Source: a virus (taxonomy: Duplodnaviria > Heunggongvirae > Uroviricota > Caudoviricetes). Taken from it: 64,000 nt of DNA. The translations under genes were made by a program, and so were the position numbers. The DNA lies in the IMG/VR virus record IMGVR_UViG_3300026549_002494, positions 8,468 to 72,467 of that record. One strand, 5' to 3'. Every line of letters begins with the position of its first letter. Position 1 is the first letter of the stretch. A model generated the notes under the pieces. It was not told where the DNA came from, did not search any database, and was given only the letters and a program-made list of their open reading frames with translations. Below, piece by piece: positions 48,630 to 58,447 of the stretch.

Positions 48630-49649
48630 TTAAAAAACTGAATTTAGGCGTTTTTTTGTAAATTTGTAGCCAATTCCAAACAATTTTATATCATTTCCGC
48701 CCTCTATCAGCTCTGTTACCTCATCCACATTTTGAATGATATTCTTCTTGAAACTTTCATTACCGCAACTGAATAATATCTGCAACAAGATATTTTTTAT
48801 TTTGGAATTTTCTTTTAACTCAACAGATGTCAGTAACCGATACATTGTTGAAATCCCAATTATCTCATCATTTATATCAGCTACCAAATCTTCATATAAT
48901 AACTGACATCTCAAATGCTTGTCCGAATTATCTAAGTCACTGCCAAAGATATTATTCCTTTCACTTATATATTTCTTCAAAAGTGAATAGATTTTATTGA
49001 TTTGTTTTTGATTTACGTTGGAATTTCTAAAATATTCACTATTCAATACAGACGAAAATGGCAGATAAGATTTCTTATAAGGATTTTTTATCCTAAATCC
49101 GTTTACAATTGTCTGTAAATAATCCATTGACGTGTGGTACTTACAATAGTTCTTCTTTTCCGGATTATAGTAACCCTTTTGACGGGCAATGTGAGAAAAG
49201 AAGTGGGGCATTTTTTTACGTCCCTTTATTAATTCTCCAATTTCATTCTCTTCGTACTCACGGAGAAATGTTTCATATTTTTGACGGAGTTTATCCAACT
49301 CTTTGCCGGTATTGATGTCAAACTCCTTCTTTGCTTTGTCAATTTCCGTGCCGCTTAGAGCATTTAGTTGACATATATCATAATACAAGTCTTTTTCCTG
49401 CTCGTATGTACTACCATTATAAAGCCTATCCCAGAATAATGAATTAAGCTCCTGAGATAAATTAATTACAGCTCCTATAAGATTTACAGAAGTTTTTATA
49501 TCCAAATCTGCTTGTTGTTCAGGAGTATAATATCTCTTTATTTTATCTGCCTGTACAGCACAATTTGGTGTTTTAAAAAGATTATAGTTTCTTTTAGCGG
49601 CACGAAGTAATATTTCGTTATCCGTTAAAAGCACAGTATCACTGTCATA
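48630..49649 (-). CDS. yonO: YonO-like single-subunit RNA polymerase, exon 2
   Basis: Begins TAT GAC AGT GAT (YDSD) after the intron terminal G; continues TVLLTDN...IG.VINLSQ.LNS...EIDKAKK. Confidence 0.85.
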   Translation of the reverse strand, partial: YDSDTVLLTDNEILLRAAKRNYNLFKTPNCAVQADKIKRYYTPEQQADLDIKTSVNLIGAVINLSQELNSLFWDRLYNGSTYEQEKDLYYDICQLNALSGTEIDKAKKEFDINTGKELDKLRQKYETFLREYEENEIGELIKGRKKMPHFFSHIARQKGYYNPEKKNYCKYHTSMDYLQTIVNGFRIKNPYKKSYLPFSSVLNSEYFRNSNVNQKQINKIYSLLKKYISERNNIFGSDLDNSDKHLRCQLLYEDLVADINDEIIGISTMYRLLTSVELKENSKIKNILLQILFSCGNESFKKNIIQNVDEVTELIEGGNDIKLFGIGYKFTKKRLNSVF

Positions 49650-50040
49650 CCTTACTACCCTCGGTTTCCCGATATTTATTAGGGGAGTAGAGCACATCTT
49701 TACCCTCGTTTAACGTTAGGCATATAAAGTTGATTAATCTTTATACGAAATATTCTATAAATATTTGTAGTTGGCGCTTCAGAGTAAGGAGTTTCGCCTT
49801 ACTCCTATAGATTTCATTATCTTAATAAGATAGTATATCTTGCTCGTTTCACCTTTAAAAATGTCACCATTTTAACTTGGCACAGGAACATCATATTGTA
49901 AATAATTTAGATTTCCCCTGTTAGCGCACTGTCTAATCGTCATTTCCTACGTTTCCTAAACGTACAATGCACACCCTATATTTATAGGTTCACCAACTTG
50001 CTTTTGAGGATGTTTCCATCCAAAGCAGACCATTATGTTA
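49650..50040 (-). ncRNA. ORF-less group I intron (391 nt) inside the RNA polymerase catalytic motif
   Basis: P1: exon GCAGAU with IGS GUCUGC (U-G). Starts TAA; P7 GAGCA/TGCTC with S-like AAGATGTGCTCT; GNRA-capped hairpins; terminal G at 49650. Splicing restores the frame. Confidence 0.85.
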
Positions 50041-51870
50041 ATCTGCACCACTTAATCTTTGTAAAACATTTTCACCAATAGCATTCACGCAAACAATTTC
50101 TTCGGTTAAATTCATATAGCAATCTATCAGCTTATTTTCTGAATTCTTAGCTACCCATACATTCGAACACGTTACATGTGGACTCCTACTACCCAATAAC
50201 TCCTTATCATACCCAAATCTAATATTATGTATGTTCCCGACCCCTAACTGACTAATTCCTTTAAAAGTTCCAATAGATTGCTGTAACATTTCAATAGGAT
50301 TGCCAAGTAGGGTAGAGTAATTGCCATTGACATACACATGCCCGCACTTCAAATTTTTATAATACGCCCTAAGCAAATCTTGCAAAAATTCTTGATAATA
50401 TTTGGTATTAACAAAATTATCATTAAGGGCAATAAGATTATAAACCACATCACTTTTGCTTTTCATAGGCGACTTAAACGGTTCAAACTCATTAATATCA
50501 GGATATTTTATATAATTGCGTACTACAGCCGGATTATCACGCAATAATTGCGCAAAATCTAACGATTCCTGTAAAAATTCTCTCATCTCATCCATAGATA
50601 ACTGTAATGTATTCAATAGCTGATAATGAGTTTGAACCAGCCGCCCCCCAAAATAATGTGTTTTCTTGTCATGCTTAACTACTCCAAAATCAGGATAGAG
50701 ATTATCCAACCAGTCATCTAATGAACCAAATTTTAAATACTTGATACTGTTGGGAGTAGTAATCAGCTTAACATCTTCAATTCTCTTAGCTCTTGTCTTT
50801 CCGTTTAACTGTGAAATCTCTGTAATGTTATTATCTTTAAACCACTGTTGAACATTACAATTAAAACAGCAAGACTTAAACATAAGATTTCTAAGTAGCA
50901 CCATACCATACTGAGAAAACTCACCAAATAATGAAACATCCATAAGAGATTGTCCATCCCAAATACTATTCTTTATTTCACAATTTTCTTCCTTTGTATA
51001 CAGCCAACCATTCTCATTATAGGTCTTAATAACTTCTTCATTAAAAATACTATCATAATCATCTACAACTAAAATATTTTCAGGCTGAATAGATAATAAT
51101 CCAATAATACTACTTGATGGAAGTGATATATAAGATTCAAATGCGGCAAGATCAATCTCTTGCCCTTCACTTAATGGAATTCCTTTAGAACTAAATTTTA
51201 ATATAGGTTCAAAAAGCTCTTTGTCTACAAATAAACATTTTCCAACACGGGCGCTCCCCGATGACCGTTTCATACGGCAATAGCGAACACCATCACATAT
51301 AAAACCATTCTGATATAAATCTTTGCGAAGTTCCGCATTGCTTTTAACAGTTTTGGGCTCCTTAATTTTTGAGTAGATCCAATATGTATCACCTGTTTTT
51401 TTATTCTCTTCCTTTACTGACTTAAAAATACTTGGTAGTTCTTGTACGGGTTCTTTGATTTTTTCACCAATCCTTACGCCCACAATCTCTCCGTTACACC
51501 GGGCAATGCAATCTTCAAAAACTAAATCCTTATAATCATATCCCAGCTTCACATAAGAATTTTTAGTGATCTGATTCCACTCTTTAACAGAATATTTAAA
51601 CGTTAGATTGATAACCCTTGTAGTATAGTCATGCTTTTTAACTCTGAAAGAAAAATCATGCTTTCGATATCTTCTAAAATATACTTCTCTCAACTCTATT
51701 AAATCCAAACTATAATCTAAAGAATTGATAAACTTCCTTAAATTATACTGCCCATTCTTTAACATTAACGAATATCCAAGAGAATTCTTCTTTATACTAT
51801 GTAATGCCAGATAAATATCTTTAGCATCTACACTGGGAATATATACTGCTTTTCCTTGCTCAAACTGAAT
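50041..51870 (-). CDS. yonO: YonO-like single-subunit RNA polymerase, exon 1
   Basis: RSSGSARVGKC, NSIWDGQSL, LLRNLMFKSC, SRSPH, LQRLSGAD motifs of two-barrel (RdRP-like) polymerases. Frame open 35 codons above ATG 51765 to an ATT after AAGGA. Confidence 0.88.
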
Positions 51871-51876
51871 ATTACA

Positions 51877-52179
51877 TCATTCCTTTCTGCCTTGTGCCTT
51901 GCTTGCCTTAAGCCTATCAGCCATTATCTTGCGTTGCTCGTCAGTATACTCTCTTGTTACAATAGAGCTACGAATACTAATAAGTCTCTTTGGAAAACGA
52001 TAGGTCTTACTAACATCATCTTCCTTCACCACTGTGAATAACTCAGGCGATTTAGTTACAAGCTTATCCATTTTGGTAATCCACGTACTGTCGCTACAAT
52101 AAGCTTCAGCATACTCTTCATCTCTGCCAGCACTGATATACATTTCTTGCTCTGCTATGCTTAATGACATTTTTCTCAC
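51877..52179 (-). CDS. Hypothetical phage protein
   Basis: 100 aa in the operon. Confidence 0.7.
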   Translation of the reverse strand: MRKMSLSIAEQEMYISAGRDEEYAEAYCSDSTWITKMDKLVTKSPELFTVVKEDDVSKTYRFPKRLISIRSSIVTREYTDEQRKIMADRLKASKAQGRKE

Positions 52180-52568
52180 TTCCTTTCTCTATTTTTTCTA
52201 AACGTATAACACGGTAAGCTCACTACAAAATACTCTTCATCAGGAATAAACTCTGCATGTAAATCAGGCTCATACTTTAATAAATCTGCTATCTGATATA
52301 CAAAATAACAGAAATCTTCTTTGCCACTACGTATATTCTTGAGAATTGAGTTAATATATACCCTGTAGTAAGTTTCGTTAGTTTGTCCATGATAACAATT
52401 TGGATCAGAAGTGGCTTCTCTAATTGTATCCATCTTTTTCTTAGCCGACGGCTGAACTAATAACTTCATTTGAGAAAAATAGTCTTGCCACATATCATCC
52501 GAAGTGAAATCTATTGGACGCCGCTTATTTAAATTTACCTCTCTAAGGTCATATAATGTTGTTCTCAT
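52176..52568 (-). CDS. Hypothetical phage protein
   Basis: 130 aa with SD, coupled to the downstream gene. Confidence 0.7.
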   Translation of the reverse strand: MRTTLYDLREVNLNKRRPIDFTSDDMWQDYFSQMKLLVQPSAKKKMDTIREATSDPNCYHGQTNETYYRVYINSILKNIRSGKEDFCYFVYQIADLLKYEPDLHAEFIPDEEYFVVSLPCYTFRKNRERK

Positions 52569-52607
52569 ATTTACTCTTAATCCTTTCTGACAAAGTGTTA
52601 TATAGAT

Positions 52608-53480
52608 TTATTCTCCATTGGAATTGCTTTTTATCCACTGTTTTAATAGTGTCCTCATACGTATACTGGGAATATATAGCCAAATCTCTTTACCATCTCT
52701 GATAGCTGAACGCCATATGAACTGAAGCATTTCTGATAATGCATAACCATCTTCGTCAACTCCGGCTATAGGTGTTTTTATTGTAGAATAAAAATTATTA
52801 CAAGCATATGCTAAATATCTTCGATTTTCGCGATGATTATTTTCTAAATTAATATTCTGTGAGTTTAATGATATATAAGCTCTGGCATATCCCTTACCCT
52901 TTAAGAAAATAACAGTTTCATCAAAGGTAGTCCATAAACATTCTGAAGTTTTAGCATTACATATATTTGTAAAGTAATTTAACAAATGGTTTTTAAGTGT
53001 AGTTACATTATTTTGGGTTTTAGAGTCATAAAACCATTTTCTTGATAAATCATATTCTTGACTGCCAATAGCGTTTAGTTTTTCATTTTCAAAAATATGT
53101 ATTAAATGAATCTTACTTATTAAATCCGGATTAGATAACAAACTATAATTTTTGCTAATTTTTTGCTCATCAAAATAATCGGTGAAATTTTTAGCACGAT
53201 ATAATTTCCACGTATCTTTTATATGAATATCTGTAACACCACCTTCGTATAAATCTGATACGTTAGTTGTTTTGTCATTTGCGAACAGATTAATATAATA
53301 TATTTCTTTCCAACACATATCCGCTTCTGTCGCACATTCTATATATTCTATTTTCTTTATATTATCTGTTAGGTGATCATGTTGTAAAAATCTTTTTACA
53401 ATATTATGTGTTCTTCCTACATATACAATATTTCCTTCCATGTCTACAAATCTGTATACATAATAACTGTCTGTTTTAAT
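52608..53480 (-). CDS. GIY-YIG domain protein fused to a distinct C-terminal domain
   Basis: Extension to ATT 53480 (after SD GGGGAG) gives YYVYRF...IVYVGRT...KRF.QH. C-terminus LSEMLQFIWRSAIRDG...YIPS.RMR.LL..W. Confidence 0.7.
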   Translation of the reverse strand: MKTDSYYVYRFVDMEGNIVYVGRTHNIVKRFLQHDHLTDNIKKIEYIECATEADMCWKEIYYINLFANDKTTNVSDLYEGGVTDIHIKDTWKLYRAKNFTDYFDEQKISKNYSLLSNPDLISKIHLIHIFENEKLNAIGSQEYDLSRKWFYDSKTQNNVTTLKNHLLNYFTNICNAKTSECLWTTFDETVIFLKGKGYARAYISLNSQNINLENNHRENRRYLAYACNNFYSTIKTPIAGVDEDGYALSEMLQFIWRSAIRDGKEIWLYIPSIRMRTLLKQWIKSNSNGE

Positions 53481-53495
53481 GCTGTATCACTCCCC

Positions 53496-54590
53496 TTAGT
53501 CCTTAACGCAGGTTGTATGCGTAACCTGAACGTTATACTCGTCCTCTTTTTTCTTCATAGCTATTTTGGAGCCAAGATACTTTGCATTATTATTTATAGT
53601 AATATCACACAACGAAGAAAAATCTGATTTATATTCATTCTTATCTGTATACAAATATTTCCTTGCGTTGTTCTCAAAGCGCTTATCAGCATTCTCCATT
53701 ATCATCTGAGAAAAATCCCTATTTAACTTATTGATAAGAGCGGAACAATCATTTTTTTCAAAATGATTTAGTAATCCATTACATTTATCCAAATTAATAT
53801 AATACGCCTCATAGGTTTTGTAGATATTTTTAATCTTTCTCTTATAAAGTTCACGCTTTAATACTTCATTGAATTGTTGGGATTTATGACTATAGTATCT
53901 TTCCTTTGCATTTTCAATGCCGCACTCTTTATCAGCAATGTTGATGCACTCCGCATAATATTCCATTTCATCTTCACTTGCCTGATGATTTTCTGTTTTG
54001 ATGTTTACTTTTATATTTCCGTCTTGGTCGATGTTTGTAACCTCATCTGAAACTTCAACATTTACACGATTAGCTTCCCGCCAGATAATTAATCCGGCTG
54101 ACTTCAAATAATCCAAGGCGTTTGTAATATACCAGTTAATCATATAATCAGCTTTGTCATAAAACTCATTGATAGTTTCTAAGGCAATCTGAGTTTCCTT
54201 GCTACTGTCTTCAGGGTTATACTTGATCAAGTTGTAATTAGGATTAACCATCTTAATCTCTCTTGCCCACTTACCAACAGTGATATTAATCTTATTATTC
54301 TTGTCATGTCCGTTAATAAGACTATAAAGAATAAGAGGTATAATATATTGATACAAAGACTTATTCATTTTAGTCCAGTTTACCGGAAGGGGATAGTCAT
54401 ATACTTTTGTAATTCTGTATTCGCGCTGCCCCAAGTCTTTGATGGTACAATAGCGGGATACCTTTTTGAGAAGTGTAGCTTTGTTTTTACTAATCAATCT
54501 ACCTTGTTCCTTATAAGATTTTTTTTGAGCATCGCTTCCGTATTTTTCAACAAGCTCCTGCTCTGATATTTTGCCCTTCTTCAGATTCAT
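53496..54590 (-). CDS. Conserved hypothetical protein, possibly DNA-binding
   Basis: True start MNLKKG at 54590 with SD AAGGAGG; basic and helical. Confidence 0.7.
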   Translation of the reverse strand: MNLKKGKISEQELVEKYGSDAQKKSYKEQGRLISKNKATLLKKVSRYCTIKDLGQREYRITKVYDYPLPVNWTKMNKSLYQYIIPLILYSLINGHDKNNKINITVGKWAREIKMVNPNYNLIKYNPEDSSKETQIALETINEFYDKADYMINWYITNALDYLKSAGLIIWREANRVNVEVSDEVTNIDQDGNIKVNIKTENHQASEDEMEYYAECINIADKECGIENAKERYYSHKSQQFNEVLKRELYKRKIKNIYKTYEAYYINLDKCNGLLNHFEKNDCSALINKLNRDFSQMIMENADKRFENNARKYLYTDKNEYKSDFSSLCDITINNNAKYLGSKIAMKKKEDEYNVQVTHTTCVKD

Positions 54591-54804
54591 AGATTTCCTC
54601 CTTGAAAATATAATATACGAGAGAACTTTACCCCCCTCACTTATATATTCTCTTTTTAGGTAGGATTTTTTCTTATTTTTCACTCCTTGCGGGAAAGGAA
54701 CCGGTTTATCCATAAAGGAGGCTCGCTCCGCTCGTCTGACGTGCTTACAAAGGCTTGTATCTTAAATGAGATTATCAACCCATAAAAATTAAAAAAATTA
54801 GAGT

Positions 54805-54929
54805 AAAATTTCGAGTATCTGGCTTAAATACTGGGAAAAGTCAAAGTTTGAGGAACCAAAACCTCAATAGATATAATATATATATTATGGAGAAAGTGGT
54901 TCCAAAAATTTCGAGTATTTGGCTTAAAT
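54805..54929. repeat. Two 25-bp direct repeats (24/25 identical), 100-bp period
   Basis: AAAATTTCGAGTATCTGGCTTAAAT (54805-54829) and AAAATTTCGAGTATTTGGCTTAAAT (54905-54929) flank GGAACCA/TGGTTCC and an AT palindrome. Confidence 0.85.
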
Positions 54930-55146
54930 CCTAAAGAAACTAAGAATTTGTTTACAAAATTTTAATATTATTAATATTTTATTCATAATTATAAAAACCC
55001 AAGTAATCAAGCCATTTTTCAATATAAATCATATAAAACGCTGACTGTGCTATGCACATGTCAGTGTTAGGAACGAACTGTTCCACTGCGTAGCTGGGAA
55101 CAGTGAGTTACTAATAGCGTCGCAGACCCTATAGCCATTATCTTTA

Positions 55147-55730
55147 TTAAGCCTTTACTTCCTCTATATCCCACTTCTTTAATATCTCATCCAAACTAAC
55201 AGGTTCATAATTATAGAAACCACACCAACCATTATAGTACTGTCCTGTATGTTTACCTCTTTCTCTAACATCAGTTGTTAAGATATAATGTTTTAACTCT
55301 TGTAGATATTTTTCCTCTATTGTGTTGTGTACATGTCCATATAGATGATAAACATTACCATTATAGTCTGACTTGTAGAAGGGTATAGGATAATGAGACA
55401 TAATAACTTTTCTTCCTGTATCAGTAATCTCTTTATATGCTGTTACGTCTTGGAATTTATATTTTAGTTTAGATGACATCTGCTTCAGGTCATGGTTTCC
55501 CTGTATGAGTACCTTAGAACCTTGCAGCTGAGATAATATTTCTATCCATCTATCCTCATTTGACCAACAGAAATCTCCTAAGCAGTATACTATATCATTC
55601 TTGGAGACTTTGTTGTTCCAATTGCTTATGAGTATGTTATTCATTTCTGTTATTGTAGAGAATGGTCTGTTGTCAAATGCTATTATACCTTTGTGGTCAA
55701 AGTGTGTGTGTCTGATATGTAGTAGTTCAT
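55147..55730 (-). pseudogene. Calcineurin-like phosphoesterase, frameshifted at a (CA)n tract near the N-terminus
   Basis: ATG 55730 MNYYISDTH is out of frame with FDHKGIIAFDNRPF...LGDF...GNHD...HYP...HGHVH because of an extra CA in GACACACACACTTTG. Confidence 0.7.
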
Positions 55731-55764
55731 TGTACTTGTTTTCCTTCTTCCTTTGTTATTGGGT

Positions 55765-55857
55765 GGTGGCTATGTTCCTACGGTGATTGCATTCCTACGG
55801 TGGCTACGCTCCACGGTGGCTACGCTCCACGGTGGCTACGTTTGTTCGGCTACCGCC
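55765..55857 (+). repeat. Tandem 16-17-bp repeats, about 5.5 copies
   Basis: GGTGGCTATGTTCCTAC, GGTGATTGCATTCCTAC, GGTGGCTACGCTCCAC x2, GGTGGCTACGTTTGTTC, GGCTACCGCC. Confidence 0.85.
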
Positions 55858-56170
55858 GGGGTATGCTTATTGTTCGCGTATAACGCTCACAATGGCGCAT
55901 TTCTATATTTTTTGTAAATAGGCCTATGGAGGTGTGAGGGGATAATTTTTATTTGTGATAGTTTTATGATACCCCCGATGTACTGTCTATTTATATATTC
56001 TCTTTCTGTTCTGATTGTTTTATTAGAATTTAAAAATTATTACTCTCCGGAATGTAATGTGTTGTCTTTGAGGACATATATTTTATTTTCTGATTAATTA
56101 TCTGTAAAATTTTGTTTAGAATTGATTTATGGAGTATTAGATGAGTAGTGAAATAAAATTAGAATAAAAA

Positions 56171-56205
56171 AATAACACCTATCAAAATAGATAAGTGTTA
56201 TTTTA
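56171..56205 (-). terminator. Intrinsic terminator
   Basis: AAATAACAC-loop-GTGTTATTT flanked by A/T runs, after the 56211 gene. Confidence 0.65.
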
Positions 56206-56210
56206 TAATA

Positions 56211-56975
56211 TTAGTTTTCTTTTATGTTTTCAGCTATTAACCAATTACTTTCAGGTTTTGTGATAAGTCTTGCATCCATATAAGCCATTTCCATAGAGAG
56301 GCAAGTAGTTGCTTGATAATAACCACTTTTCATCTTGTCTAACACCAAAGCTACATCAGGTTTATTGTCTTCGCCGAAACATAGCGGTACAAGTAATTGA
56401 ATTTTGTTTTGATAATAGTGTGGTACAGCCAGTTTATAATTGGCGATTACTTTTTGTATAGCAGTATCAATAACCCCTTTTAGCATATCAAGCGGACGCG
56501 AACAATTTTTAATATCTTCCGGTAGCCTTTGTGAGGTATTTAAATCATCTAATATATGATTATAGTTTTTATTAACAGGTAAGTGCCAATTAAAAACCAA
56601 TTCTGATGGATCGGATAGATAATCCGCTCTTTCGGGGAATTTTGCAATATCAAGCGCTCCAAGTTCATATTTATCTTTAAATCCCTTAAAATACCATTTG
56701 GGAGTATCACTTTTGTTCAATTCACCATATGCATAAATAGATTCATAATAATGCGAAAACAATCCTGTATCAAAGACACAATAATTATCTGTTTCAATAA
56801 TTTTGTTTTCTTCATAAAGCTTTTTAAAGGTGTATTTAAGATAATTTTTTAATATATAATTGTCATCCTTATCTTCAAAACTCCATTTTTCAGGCAGTGC
56901 TTTATCTGCCAAGTCTTGGATTTGTGCGTTGTAATCTCCCCAGTACATGTAGTTATAAATATCTATCATTTCCAT
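56211..56975 (-). CDS. DUF3825-like protein
   Basis: NYLKYTFKKL, FDTGL, YKLAVPHYYQNKIQLLVPLC, ALVL...AY.DARLI.KPESNWL. True start at ATG 56975 after SD GAGGAG. Confidence 0.75.
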   Translation of the reverse strand: MEMIDIYNYMYWGDYNAQIQDLADKALPEKWSFEDKDDNYILKNYLKYTFKKLYEENKIIETDNYCVFDTGLFSHYYESIYAYGELNKSDTPKWYFKGFKDKYELGALDIAKFPERADYLSDPSELVFNWHLPVNKNYNHILDDLNTSQRLPEDIKNCSRPLDMLKGVIDTAIQKVIANYKLAVPHYYQNKIQLLVPLCFGEDNKPDVALVLDKMKSGYYQATTCLSMEMAYMDARLITKPESNWLIAENIKEN

Positions 56976-57099
56976 TTTTATTTTCTCCTCTGATATATTA
57001 AGTGATCTTAGTGCGTTTCTTATTATATCATTCTTTTCCGGGAAAGTAAAGTGAGATTTGATAATGGGGAGAACACCTGTATAACTTTCATAAGGGATT

Positions 57100-57620
57100 T
57101 GGGCTGGTGAAAGTATTTTATGTGAGTGAGGGATTTGTTGAAGTTGTGCTTGTGTGTAGGCGTCTTTTTCAGTAGGGGCGTAGGTGGGAATTATATATGA
57201 AGGAATTGTGTATTGTTGTGAAATTATTGGAACGAGATATGTGTTTAGGTGTGAGAAGAGTTGTGTGGGGGATGAAGGGATTGTTTTTGAAGTCATGTTA
57301 TATTTTCCTTTCTTATTTATTGTTTTTTTTTGTTATTAGGTTATTCTCTGTTTGGGTTGAGATTTTGGGTGATTTTATTCATTCGGTATTTTTTGAGGTG
57401 GTTTGGCAGGTTTTGAGGGGTGTAGTGAGATTGGGTGATTTGGATGTAGGATGATTTTTGTGGGGGTGGTTAGTGGATTTTTGGGTTGTTTTGGGTGTGG
57501 TGCGATATTGGTGGCGAGTGTTGGATTTTGGGTGTAGGGGGGTTGGATTTTTGAGTTGGTGTGTGGATTAATCTGCCTATAGAGATTATGAAAAAACGTT
57601 TTCGGTGTGCGGTTTTTGGC
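57100..57620. other. Strongly G/T-skewed low-complexity non-coding tract at the strand switch
   Basis: Plus strand is dominated by G and T with recurrent GGATTTT(T)GG and GGGTG words and very few C; lies between divergent gene blocks. Confidence 0.8.
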
Positions 57621-57820
57621 ACCCCGGTACTGCCAATTTTACTCCTCAAGTAAAATCCTTCAAATCCGAATTTTAATGAGTTTACTTGCGAAAAAAGCTA
57701 AATTTGACAAACTTTTTTTTTGGTGTAAGGTGGAATTACAAACCGCAAGCGACATAGCTTGTAGAAAAAATAAAAAAAATAATTAAATCTTGCTTTAAAG
57801 CAAGTAGAAAGAGGTCAAAA

Positions 57821-58300
57821 ATGATTAATTTTAACAACACCAAAGAAGCTAATGTAATAGCAGATAACAAAGTAGTATTTTGTGGTTTAACTTATCTTGT
57901 TACCGACAAAGAAGCTGAGCAATTAAAGAGCATATTGGACGGTATGGTATCGTCAAGAAGTTGTAATATAATTAATAAACAACAAACAATTAAAACTGAA
58001 AAACAAGCTTATGTCCACACACATGACTTAAAGTGCAAATATAAAATACAAAAATTTGATAATAAAAACGGCGCATTATATTGCATTTCGAGAGATTGCG
58101 GTTATACAAAAGCTGAAAAACGTTGTATAAATAATTATATTAAGGCTCTTAAAAACATTACTGAAATTGACGTACCGTTCACTGATAAAAACGGCAAACA
58201 AGCTACTTTTAAGGCGTGGGGATATAAAACAAAAGCACAAGCAGAAAAAGAGATGAAAACACTTCCCACAGTTATCACAAAAGAAGAGTTAAATAAATAA
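57821..58300 (+). CDS. Hypothetical protein, first gene of the plus-strand (early-type) region
   Basis: SD GAGGT, 159 aa, basic. Confidence 0.75.
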   Translation: MINFNNTKEANVIADNKVVFCGLTYLVTDKEAEQLKSILDGMVSSRSCNIINKQQTIKTEKQAYVHTHDLKCKYKIQKFDNKNGALYCISRDCGYTKAEKRCINNYIKALKNITEIDVPFTDKNGKQATFKAWGYKTKAQAEKEMKTLPTVITKEELNK

Positions 58301-58408
58301 TAAAAAATACAAAGTCGACTATGCGACTATAAATAGCCATCAGGCATAGTGCGGTATCCTCGTAAAGAGGATACGTTGGACGATACAGTTCAAAGTCGAA
58401 ACAGACAA

Positions 58409-58447
58409 ATGTGCATCACGCAGCAGTGATAGTATTTGTCTGTTTTT
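58409..58447 (+). terminator. Intrinsic terminator
   Basis: AAACAGACAAAT...ATTTGTCTGTTT followed by a T run. Confidence 0.7.

Noticed and set aside
55765-55857. CRISPR interpretation of the tandem repeats
   Set aside because: Units abut with no unique spacers and are too short.
56976-57454. N-terminal extension of the 361-aa ORF, and ORF 57197-57454
   Set aside because: Both are artefacts of the G/T-skewed tract, where few stop codons occur.
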